In this document: positions 40,340 to 51,343 of the stretch, in pieces
How the letters are laid out: each line of letters starts with the position of its first letter
Position numbering within the stretch: the stretch's first letter is position 1
NCBI GenBank assembly: GCA_001655205.1
Contig: LPNZ01005834.1
Span: forward strand, 1-61,552
Direction of reading: 5' to 3'
DNA length: 61,552 bases
From: Lenisia limosa
Taxonomy: Eukaryota > Protista > Breviatea
Program-made: the position numbers and the translations under genes
Notes under the pieces: generated by a model
The model's database searches: none
Told to the model about the DNA's origin: nothing
Seen by the model: only the letters and a program-made list of their open reading frames with translations

Positions 40340-43300
40340 TTATTCAAACGTTTGCTCCATGTTTGCCTTGTACTCCTGGTAGAGTTGGCTCCATTTGCTT
40401 CGAGAAACCGCTAAATAGTCAGAGTGGTTGGGAATAAATGACACCGTCTGCTCTCACCTAGACGCTCGAGATGGATATTAAGTTTAGGAAGAACCTTGGC
40501 GACACTGGTGAACATTGGGATCAGAATGTGGTCTAAGAAGTTCACCTGTACATGTTATTAGAATGGAAGACTCTCAGAATCATATCAGGGAAAAGGCGAA
40601 ATGAGATAATAGAAGACATCTCACGTTCGTTATTAACTGTTTCCGACATCAGTTCAAAAAGAAAACAGAGAGGATCCCTTCGGTCCGAAAAAGACCAATA
40701 AATTAGCACTTTTCAAGGATTTATCGAAAAATTCAGTCTTTTTGGTCTCCTCCAAAAGAATACACCCTTTCTTCATCGTGACTCATTTCAAGCCCCCATT
40801 ATGACAAACCTGCATTTGACTTTGAACCACGTTCTCGCGCTTCATCCATTCAGTTACCTACGAACGTAAATAACAAAGCAATAAGACGCTTCAAATCCTT
40901 GAGCAGACCTTGACACCGCTCTTCAGCTCGGCATCTGTCTGGTTGAAGAACTCCTCCAGAAGCCCATCAGCCCAGGGCTTTGCCACTGACCATTCTAAAG
41001 CATCATCAGGCTTTGGAGGAATGTATTAACCATAGCAAAATACTTTTGCATGTATGGTTGAAGCAATTCATTCATAGACTTCTGCCCCCCCCCCCNNNNN
41101 NNNNNNNNNNNNNNNNNNNNNNNNNNNNNNNNNNNNNNNNNNNNNNNNNNNNNNNNNNNNNNNNNNNNNNNNNNNNNNNNNNNNNNNNNNNNNNNNNNNN
41201 NNNNNNNNNNNNNNNNNNNNNNNNNNNNNCATGAGAAGTGTTTTTTGACTTGCATTCTCCCACGAGAACCCTTCCTTCGCAACCGTATCGATCTTGGAAA
41301 CCTAATCCATAAGAAGGTGAAATACCGCTATGACTTTGTTCATTTGCGTTTTACATAATCAAAAGATGGCATAAATAAGAACCCCATAACCCCCCACGAA
41401 GTCGAAGTGCTGGGCCATGTCGGTGGAGAGGACGAGGGGGATGACTATGGTTCGGATGGCCTTGTAGAGTTCGTCCGAGGGCGTTGCGTTGAAAATGGAA
41501 ATGAGGGGGTCACTGCAGCCAATCAAACAAATAAACAATACTATGGTGGAGTGCCAATATGATATAATAGCCCCATACTTTGGGTGATATATTACTGATA
41601 CGATCTCTAAAAATCCCAAATTACTTGATGATTTTGAGTGCGGTTGAGCAATGGTGGTTTTCCCTAAAAGATAAGCCACTTGTGTGATTTATTGTCCAAA
41701 GGAACCCAGACAAACAGGGGGGAGTTGTCGTTATAAATCATTGCAAGTTTTGAGCGAGATGCTACTTGATAGGCGTTTGTCAGTCCTGAATGGTGAAAAG
41801 GATTGGGAAGTCAATTCAAATACCAATGAGATTTCATTGTTCTCAGAAGGACAGTTAATAAAAGAGATTCCAACTGAAAGGCCTCTCCCACCAGGGTGGT
41901 CGAGGTCGTGACATACAGCAGCAACCATGAGGCCAAGTCTTTCCGTGTTGCTGAACTTGTCTCGGACTTCGAGCTTCGTCAAGAAGTGGTAGGTCATCTA
42001 GGGGAGTGAGTATGGCCCTTGAAAAATGAACCATTCGAACCAATTTATACAATGATCGCAAACCTGGGCAACACAGAAGACGTGTCGAGAATTATGGAAG
42101 GGAATCTTTCTCATCCGACTGAGGACTTCACGAAGGAATCTTAAAAGACTATCTTGGTCAATGGGAAATTCGGAGATGTCCACTACAGAACTGATAATGT
42201 GCGCCAGAAGCAGAGCCTGTGATGTTAATAATTGGAGCAAGAAATGACAGAATTCAACCAAGTCACCCCCTCCCCCAACCAATTCACTGTCATTATAGGG
42301 CCACATGTCAAAATCCATTTTGAGAAGGGCTAATTTCAGCTCGTCTGTCACACTAAAGCTCTGTGTTGTGAGACTGTATCGATCTCTGGTTGAGTACAAA
42401 AAAACAAAAAAAACGACCCTTATTCGAATCTTCCACTCTTACAGCCTTGGGGTCGAAGGGGCTCTGAAAGGTGAATAAATGATGACTTATATTGTAAAAT
42501 ATAGCGTCATATTATTAATTATCCTATCTTGAGTGTTAGCAAACCGGGGTAAGATCAGAGAATGATGCCATAAGGTCCTTCAGATGGTCATTGTCCATTC
42601 CCCTGAAAACGTTAATTGAAAAATGCCGAATATTCCTCACTCCAAAGAAGAGTCATCAGTTGACCTCTCGGGATTCTCAGTGAACAGGAAGCTCCACACC
42701 TTACTCTCTCGGGACTAAAACAACTGTTATATGCTGTAAGAGGGAAAAAACTCAGTATGATACCCAACCAGCCCAATTTAAGACCGAGAGTTTGTATGAC
42801 TACCTTAACAATGATATACTGCGTACCTCAATGTGGCTTGTGAGCATTTGGACTTTCCATTGGAGACGATTGAGGTTCTCCCCTCCTTCCTTGAAACAGT
42901 CAACCACATTGAGTAACCCGTTCCAAAAGGGGTAGTCAAATCCCACAAAAGAGCTTTTACCATCATCATTAAATCACTTTCCAGTAATATTCTATGAAAA
43001 GAAAAAATGTGACAAAACACCATGCAATGCTACACAATGGTAGGAATTAGATTCGTTTTACAACATCATAGTTGCCCTATCTGACCAACCTTGAGGCGGA
43101 ACTCAGCTCTCTTAATATCACCTCTTAAACTTGTATTTTCAGCCTCCAATGCAGCAAGCTTGGTCATATGCTGACTCTGGAGGAGTCACCAAAAGGTGTG
43201 TCAGTTATACTCAAGGAGGAAATGCAATTCATACCATCTCATTTTCGTGGTCTTTCCTCTGCTGATCACTTTCTTTCATCATAAACTCCAATTCTTCGGA

Positions 43301-43480
43301 GAGGCGGTGCATTTCTGAGGTGGCTCTGAAAAATAAACAAGATAAACACACATAAGACCACAACCAATTGACCGGAAATTCAACTATAATCAATTAGGTA
43401 TTAACCTACGCCTCATAGAGCATCATTAGCTCGGCATTCAGCTCCTCAGGGGCGGCTTGGTTTGCTGGAGGCAAACCCAT
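40340..43480 (-). CDS. Class I cyclic-nucleotide phosphodiesterase, PDE9-like, with N-terminal coiled coil
   Basis: PFHNSRH, HDLDHPG|LTNAYQ, YNDNSPLENHH, TDMAQH, AKPWADGLLEEFFNQ, MQ|VNFL..ILIPMF. The CADISN region probably lies in the 41096-41229 gap. Confidence 0.9.
40668..40769. mobile_element. Degenerate copy of the 90-bp MITE in a long PDE intron
   Basis: CTTCGGTCCGAAAAAGA and AAAATTCAGTCT match the reverse complement of the GCAT-intron element (CTTCGGTTCAAAAAATA; AAATTCAGTCT). No TSD recognisable. Confidence 0.45.
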
Positions 43481-43740
43481 TGCGTCAAATAGCAGTCAAT
43501 TTATACTCAAGTCTACCCAAAGTGTACTCTTTAATAGTTATAGTGTTGTAGTTGTAAAAAAGACGCCTCGCCAAATCTCAAAAAGGGTATAATTGGAGGG
43601 GTTATATGGCTCCTTCCGCCCGGCCCATAAACACCTTTCTGACACTGTATTTTACTATTACTATGAAACAAAAGTGAATAATAATAGAATATATAGAAAT
43701 AATCTCTAAAACGTTGCTCTCTTCCTGAGGGCTTCCCTTC
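43481..43740. promoter_or_regulatory. Probable bidirectional promoter shared by the PDE and the cyclase
   Basis: 260 bp between divergent ATGs at 43480 (-) and 43741 (+). Confidence 0.5.
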
Positions 43741-46700
43741 ATGGCCGATTCCGACCATCCGCAAAGAGTGACGCTCTGGGATGAAGAATCCAGTAAGCTT
43801 TGGGTAAAAAATTCATTTTTATTGTGTTTGTAACAGTAGTGGGTAGAAATGGCGGTACTGGGGCTCTTCGAGGGTATGATGATGAAACAGGCACAGGTTT
43901 ATTGAAGACTGTGAATATGGCTTGTTTCACTGTTTTTTTTTTGTTTTCAATGTGGCAAAGATAATCTTTAAGATAAAACAACGCCAACAATTTTGACCGC
44001 CCAGGAATCAGGCAAGACTCGTCTCTCAACAGCCTTGTGTCACAGGATACAGTTACTGAGGTTACTGAGATAGGCCAACATTTCGGGCCGGGGATAGAGT
44101 TCACGTCCACGGTAGGGTTCTGTTTTGAACATGCTTTTGGCAACTGTTTTGCCTTTAGTTTGATTAACGACCAGATTGGTCAAAGTCAAGATGAAGAGGA
44201 CTGTACAGATGAGGACATCACCTTGCTCAGGTTTGTGACTGAATTGATGGCTGCTGTGTTATTATTTTGGTTTTGGTCATATTAACTCTTATTTCCGCAT
44301 AGTGTTGCTTGTGATGGGCGTTTATGAAATATTCGTCTTGGAACTGTCACATTTGTCAGTTTTATTTGACCCCNNNNNNNNNNNNNNNNNNNNNNNNNNN
44401 NNNNNNNNNNNNNNNNNNNNNNNNNNNNNNNNNNNNNNNNNNNNNNNNNNNNNNNNNNNGGCCTCCTCAGCTGTTCTTGCTATTGTCCCCGGTGCCTCAA
44501 TCTTAACCTCCTTGTTCTTTGGTATCACCGTTTCCCTCTTGACATTTGTTTTGGCCTTCTTTGATACTGCCATTTACGTTTGTCTCTTCCTGGCTTCCTT
44601 TTCGAGAGCGGCCAAATTGAGGCGGCGACACGTCACCCTCTTGATCAGAGTAGGCATCATTTCATTTGTTGTGATGTAATTTTCCACCCATTCAAATTTA
44701 TAGGGCGAGACCCATATGCTTACCGACCACGGACTTGAGGAGATACCAACAATTAGAGTCAGTAAAAATCTCTTAGCCCCTCCCCAGCTTTTCTTTTTAA
44801 TACTTTCAGAAGTGCTTGTCTTCGAAATGGTGGTTTGATTATGCATCAGCAATTGGCTATGCAACAGGAACGGCTATTTTTGCTTACAAAGTTACGGAGT
44901 CGCATTTCTTCCAGCCAAATGGAGAATACGCCCCAACTGTCTTATGTCTCCACATCATGTTCTTTCGTAAGCGGTTTGAATTCTGAAGTGTTTGTCCATT
45001 TCTTCATAATGGCTCTCCCTCTAGAAATCTTAAGCGGCGTACCTCCAAAGTACTCCTGGCTTCAAGTCGTAATTCCATTGGTTTGTGAAACTGGCATCGC
45101 TGACCCTCCAGGCCCTGTATTTACCCTGGTCCATTGGCCACGTTGACGCATCGGTTTTGGTTGTCTTCTTCCTCGCCATTGTCTTTTCGGTCATTGTTGC
45201 AATCAACCAGAGAGCACAGGTGGGCAAGTACTATATTGAGCCCGTTTCATTGGTATTCATTGTTAACACCAATGTAGGCTTGGCGAGCCGTTTATGCCAG
45301 TATTGAGCTAGCTGACGAGATGGAGAGCATGGGTAAGAGGCAATGTCTTGACATCCTTGGGTTTATAACTTTTTTATTCAAGTAGATGCGCTGTCAAGTG
45401 CTATTTTGCCCATTGAGTTTGCTGATAAACTGCGAAAAGGACTTCACCCAAGAGACTTGACTGAGACGTACCCCCATGTTACCATTATTTTCATTGACGT
45501 TAGTTGAGATTATTTTGAATAATCGAGTCTTTCAATATCAAACTGACCTCCACAGCTGTCAATTGTGAACGAACTCTCTGAGGACCAGTCGGTCAAAGCA
45601 CTGCATGACATCTCATCCGTACTGGACAACGCTGTTGTGGCTCACGGTAGAGAGGGGTATTCAGTACCGTCATTTTTTATCACTGTGACACTCAAGGTCT
45701 GCATAAACTCGAACAAGTTGGTACGTCATATTTGGCATGTGCTGGAGCACCCACTCCCGACCCTGACCACGCCATCCACGCGTGCATGTGTGCGTCTGAT
45801 CTCATGAAGGCGGCATTACAGGTGGGCATGTGGCTGTTTCAGCCCATTCTGACATAACAGTTTGCGCCACCTTCAGTCGGACAGAAGTCTGAAGTCGGCT
45901 CCCTGTACTCTGTTCCAAGTCTCACCGATGAAGCTATGGATGCATTTGATAAAAAGTTGGAAATCTGCCACTGTTCACTCCCAATAACCTGAATTCAATT
46001 ATTCAGGCTTCCCGCTGACAAGCCAAACGTGACAATTCGGATTGGCCTTGCTTCGGGTCCTGCGGTTGGTGGACTACTCGGACTAAGCAACCTCCACTTT
46101 TCTCTTGTCGGCCAAACCATCAACACTGCGGCGCGAACAATGTCTGCTGCACAGATGATGCAGTGCTTGGTAGGGCATGATTGTGGTTTTCTCTCTTTTC
46201 CTCCTCGATTTGACCTTTTCAGATCAGCGAGTCCACAGTTGATTATCTAATAACCAAGCCTGGAATCGGGGTAAATCTTAACTCGTTGACAATGTCTCCG
46301 ATCGAACAAAGATGTTAGATGAAAGGATGTTCTCACCTTTTAGCCCTTGCGTCATTTTCACCAATCACGTCAACATTATCCCTCAAAGCAGTTCCAAAGC
46401 TACCCAATCTCAGTCTCACCCCATCATGCCAAGCATACCCGGTAGGCTGTGCTGTCTATAATAATTTACTTTGCAGTCCTCCCATGGAAAGCCATCACCG
46501 GCGAATCCAAAACCACCAGCAGAATCCAGCCCTCCAGTAACATTCAAATCTCCTTACCTTAAAGGCTCTGTGAGTTAGGAACAAATGAGTTTTTGGTTTG
46601 GGTATGGATATACCGGGGGGGGGGGTCGTTTCCCTTTGACTAATGATTTTTGAATGTTTCACTTCCAAGGAACTTGAGCCATCGTCATCTCTCCAAAGTA

Positions 46701-49700
46701 TGAGATGTGACTCCAATGTCAAAACAAATCTTAAAGACCGAATGAAGGGTGTGATTCGTGAGAGGGAAGAGGCATTCAAGCATTTAAAGCCATTCAAGGC
46801 GTTTCCGTAATCACCAGTATCTCTTACTCTTTTTTCAGAGGGAAGTGATCTAGTGATCCAGAAATGGGCCGATATTGAACTGAAAGGACTTGGTTCCACT
46901 TCACTGTTCCAACTATCTACAAACAAGTCAAGAGCTGGCCGAAAGCGGCGACAAAGGTATGCTAATGAACAAATCCTTGTTCAATCTAACACAGCTTAGT
47001 CGGAAACTACTCGTAATGAAAGGAACAGGTGTATCTCAAAGTGTTAAAGGAAGGTCTCAAAGTTTGAGGGAAAGCTAAATAACATAGTTTACTGAGAGTA
47101 TCCATTCACCACTTTAGTGTATTTACAAGAAACCCAAATGAGCCATGATACTCGAAATGTTGGTGATTGGTTTTTACATACATATAATATGTACATGTTT
47201 CACAGAGTGTCGATTTACTGTTTAGCACGATATCTTTCAAGAATCCAATTTAACCAGGGAGGATATCAACATTGCCTACTTCCTTTCTGGAAAGGTAGAC
47301 GGGTTCGAATGTTTCTGGAAAAGTAGACGGATTCTAATGTTTCAGCATGAAATTCGAAAAACCTCCAAATAACATTTGGGTCATTCTTAATTCACACCCC
47401 AGGTTGCGCTGCAACGTTTCCTCATTGGATACGCCCTGGTTACTCTTTTAACGATTCTCTTCTACTACGTGCCACCAGATCTCACTGTTTGGAACCTCAA
47501 CACTGTATGAGTTGTTTGACAAGATATATACTTCTCAATTATACATGTTAGACTACAATCAATATCCCTTATAAATGCTTCTGTCTTATACAACCTTGTA
47601 CCAATTTTTATTTCTATTATGTAAAGACTTGTACAGTAACCCTTGTTTGATTTTTTTAGTTCCGGTTCATTCACTTCACAATACTGGTCCTAACAGCAAC
47701 CATTCTGGCGCTGGGCCATAGCTTTATCGAACCAAACCTTCATCGAAAAGCTGTGTTCGTGTTTATGGGTACGAAATCTTTATTGTGAAGAGCAACACTC
47801 ACAGCTCAGTGGTAACCACTGTGCTTAGTCAGCCCTTTGACTTGGCCAGCCGCCCTCAGTCTATTATTGTTCCCGCTCTTATGACTTTACTTCAATTTAC
47901 TTTCACCAATGTTGGATTCCCTCTCACGTGAGGGGTGGAGGGATTTGAAATGCATGTATCAAATTTGCTTTGTTTAGCTGTTTAACTGCTTTTAGAGTGC
48001 TTGGAGGTGTTTTTGTAGTTTTTGGAGTGGCAGTCGTTTCGGCGCTTCAAGTTGATATCAATTCTGCCATCTTTGTCTTCCGGTTAGTGGTGATCCAGTT
48101 TTCTTATTATGATTCAGTGTTCTGCTAATGGCCTGTGTTGCTGTTGGAGCAAATAGCATTTCACTCACCCTCTACGTTTCGTTTGTCACCATTGTTCAAT
48201 CAAAGGTGGGAAGTTGAGGTATTTTTGATAATAAAACTTAGGTTATGGAAGAGCTTCAATTTCTTGCTTCTGAAGGTACTATATTCCTTTCACCTTTTCT
48301 CCTTCTAACACTGAATTTAGATTTGATACACAACTTAGTCCCTTCACATATGGTAATACCACTAATCGAATCCCGGAAAAGACATAGCCAAGAAGGCATC
48401 ACAGACCTCCTCATGAATGACATAACAATTGTTCAGGTCGGCTGACTGTGGCATGAACATTTTTCACTCTTTAGACGGACATTGTTGGGTTTACGAAACT
48501 CTCAACTGAAATTCCTCCAATCCAACTATTCACGCTTCTTTCTCGCCTAGTTGATACTCTTGACAAAACAGGTGCTTATTTCTTGGCGGTTCGAATCTAC
48601 ACAGTTGGTATGCTGGAGGTTTCTTGAGTTACGATTTGAGTGATGTTTTGCTCGTTTGTCGATTTTACATCATTCAGGGGATGCGTGGGTTGCGGCATTG
48701 GGTCTTCCTGGGACAACAGGGGCGCATTATCTTGGGGGTTGTGACCTTGCCGTCGCCATTCCACCAACTATTGAAACATTTAATTTGGCGATTATGGTTA
48801 GTTTTTGCCTCTGATAGCTTATCCCCAGGATCTAAATTTACCGAATATTAAGTTGCGATGTGGTGTCCATTCGGGTCCTGCAGTGGCGGGCGTAATTGGT
48901 ACATTACAGCCGCGCTACCTCATGGTCGGCTTAACATGCTGATTTTGTACCTTGAAATGACGTGTCATTCGATTAACACAATAGTGGGGTGATGCGGTGA
49001 CCGGCGCCAATACAATGGAGCAACTCTGTTCGGCCGGGAACATTTTGGTGTCAAAAGAGGTAATTTATGATACTCTTTCCTTATTCTCCAGACCTTTACT
49101 GGCCTCTTTGAGTTCACAGAGTCCCAGCTGGTTCGTGTTGGAAGTAGACGATGCTCGATTGACGAAACTCCAGTCGCGATCACACGATCTAGTGCCTCAA
49201 AATCATTCGTCCTCAAAAGGTACATATTTTTTTGATCATACTCTCATTTCTCAGTCGGGAGCTAGAAACATATAGTTCCAATTCCCTACAAATTGGAATT
49301 CCAAAAGGTGAGTCCTCGTTCTGAACCAAATGCTCTTATTTGGCTTTTATTCCTATTCAGCTGGGAGCAGGCGCAACAGCACCGCTGCTACCCAACTTGA
49401 AGTTTCAAAAGTGCGTGTTTGACACATTTTGATATTTTTTTTTTCACACCTCATTTCAAACAGGATCCGCAATTACGTCGTAAGAGTATAACAGAGGTTA
49501 GCAATTGCTAGAATACAATATTTTAATTTGTCTGGATGACTCTTTAGGAACTACTAACAACAAGACGAAATGGTGTTCAAGATGAAGAGGTAGGCAGGCC
49601 ATAATAAATCAATGACCTTCTCTTTTGTTCCCATTATGCCCAGGTTGTTCCTATTCCGATATCCTCTCAATCAAGCCATGATGTTAGACGACTATCAGTT

Positions 49701-50097
49701 GCCTCCGATTCTGCAGAGGTACGGCCGTTTAGCTCACTTTCTACTATTGAAAGCAATTGATTCGTTCAGGTAGTGCCTCAATCCAGGCGAAGTAGTTTGA
49801 CCCAAACCAGCACGTCAGAATTCCTCCCGCGGTCAAATAGTAGCTTCCTCCATAGGTAAGGAGAAACGTTTCTTTTACCATTACAGCAAACAACTACATA
49901 AACAGTCTACTGCAATCCTCCCTCCTCTGGAAGCGTCTGCCCAGTCACCCGTTCTGGACAGAGCCAACTGGCTTGTTCTCGGTGACATAGTTAAGTGAGA
50001 ACTCTCCTTAGTGTTACAATATAGGTACACAGGGCCGCCAGGACAAGCGGTTGTTGGGTTCGACTGGCTTATTGAGCAGCCCACTCCAGTGCAGTAG
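43741..50097 (+). CDS. Class III nucleotidyl cyclase with two TM blocks and two catalytic half-domains; predicted guanylyl cyclase (Dictyostelium GCA-like topology)
   Basis: TM block about 44200-45230. Domain 1: VTIIFID, HKLEQVGTSY, IRIGLASGP, HFSLVGQTINTAAR, ISEST, IELKGLG. TM block about 47410-48205. Domain 2: TDIVGFT, RIYTVGDAW, RCGVHSGP, WGDAVTGANTME. A few linker junctions are uncertain. Confidence 0.85.
47284..47339 (+). repeat. 28-bp tandem duplication spanning a splice donor of the cyclase
   Basis: TTTCTGGAAAGGTAGACGGGTTCGAATG followed by TTTCTGGAAAAGTAGACGGATTCTAATG. Confidence 0.85.
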
Positions 50098-50315
50098 GTA
50101 TTTTGGTTTCAAATTTCTTGTTATTTTTCTTGTTTTGTGATGTGGCTGTGATTTTTTTCTTCCAAATGTATGCCTTTTTCTTTAAACATGAATGATCTAA
50201 ATAAGAGTATACTATGAAATGAAGGAGGAATATCAATAAACTGACCCCCCTCCTTGAAACCTAATTGAGACAGCTTAAATGCAGTTGCATAGATCCAATA
50301 CAGTATTTATGATGC

Positions 50316-50920
50316 CTATTTGCCTCTCCAGGCGTGGGGACTGGCATATCCACCATTATAGGGGAGATCCATTTCGGTCTACAGGGTGAGTCAAACTCAA
50401 ACTAGTGACAGTGAGCTCAATTTTCGCCACCTACCTCAAAGTCGATGAGATCGTCTTCAATTCCATAGTTTTTCACGTCATTTTTTTGTGTCTAAAAGGT
50501 AAGAATAATTGGTTCACTACTAGGGGATAAATGAACTTGTTTATATTTATAACCCTCCCACCTTTGGTGATGGTTTAGGAGAACATGCCCTTAGGATTTC
50601 ATTCTTCACCGGGTGGTGGACACGTCTTTTGGCTGAATTGTCAAGAAAAGTGGTCAATCTTTGAAGAAACTAATGACTGGAAATGTATGCTAGCTACAAC
50701 ATCAATTGTTGAGAAGCAAAATCATTCATCCGCACTTTCATTTTACAATTTGTCATAGCAACAGTAGCTGTCAAATTGTGATATCTGGATGATTGAATTA
50801 CACACGAAAAAGTTCAGTCTAGAGATGAAGGCCACTTCTCCTAGCCAAAATATTTGGGTTTTGCTTGGTTCAAATATCATGAAATTGCCTGTCCATACCT
50901 TTTGTGGAAGGAGACCCACG
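50316..50920 (-). CDS. Possible small multi-exon hypothetical protein
   Basis: Phase-compatible exons AKRRVHHPVKNEILRACSPKPSPK | TQKNDVKNYGIEDDLIDFE | TEMDLPYNGGYASPHAWRGK* with GT-AG borders. 5' end unresolved. Confidence 0.3.
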
Positions 50921-51343
50921 ATCCATTGTTGAAACTTGCAACAGATATTTCAAATTATGATATCAGCAGAGGGTTTCGGCTAATGTATATTTTCACTGGC
51001 AATAATATCACTATAAATAAATAGCAAACTAAAAACCGATTGATATAAATCTTTGAAATAAACACATAAAAGATAGCATTTCTTGCCTTATAAGGAAAAA
51101 GACTGACGTGTCTCCCGGTCGCGTCCTCCCTGTTTTCCCCCAAATTTTTTCTGTTTTTTCAATTTCTGCAATTTCTGGCTGGCAAGCTTGAACCCGCAAA
51201 TATTTGAGAGTTCTTCTTGTTTTACGTACGAGTAGAAAGAAGAAAGTGGCTTACCGCAGAAGCTAACTACGGGAACGGGCACTCTTAGTGTTACAACTGT
51301 GCAAGCTGGCAAATTTTAGGCAATTTAGCTGTTAACGAGAAAG

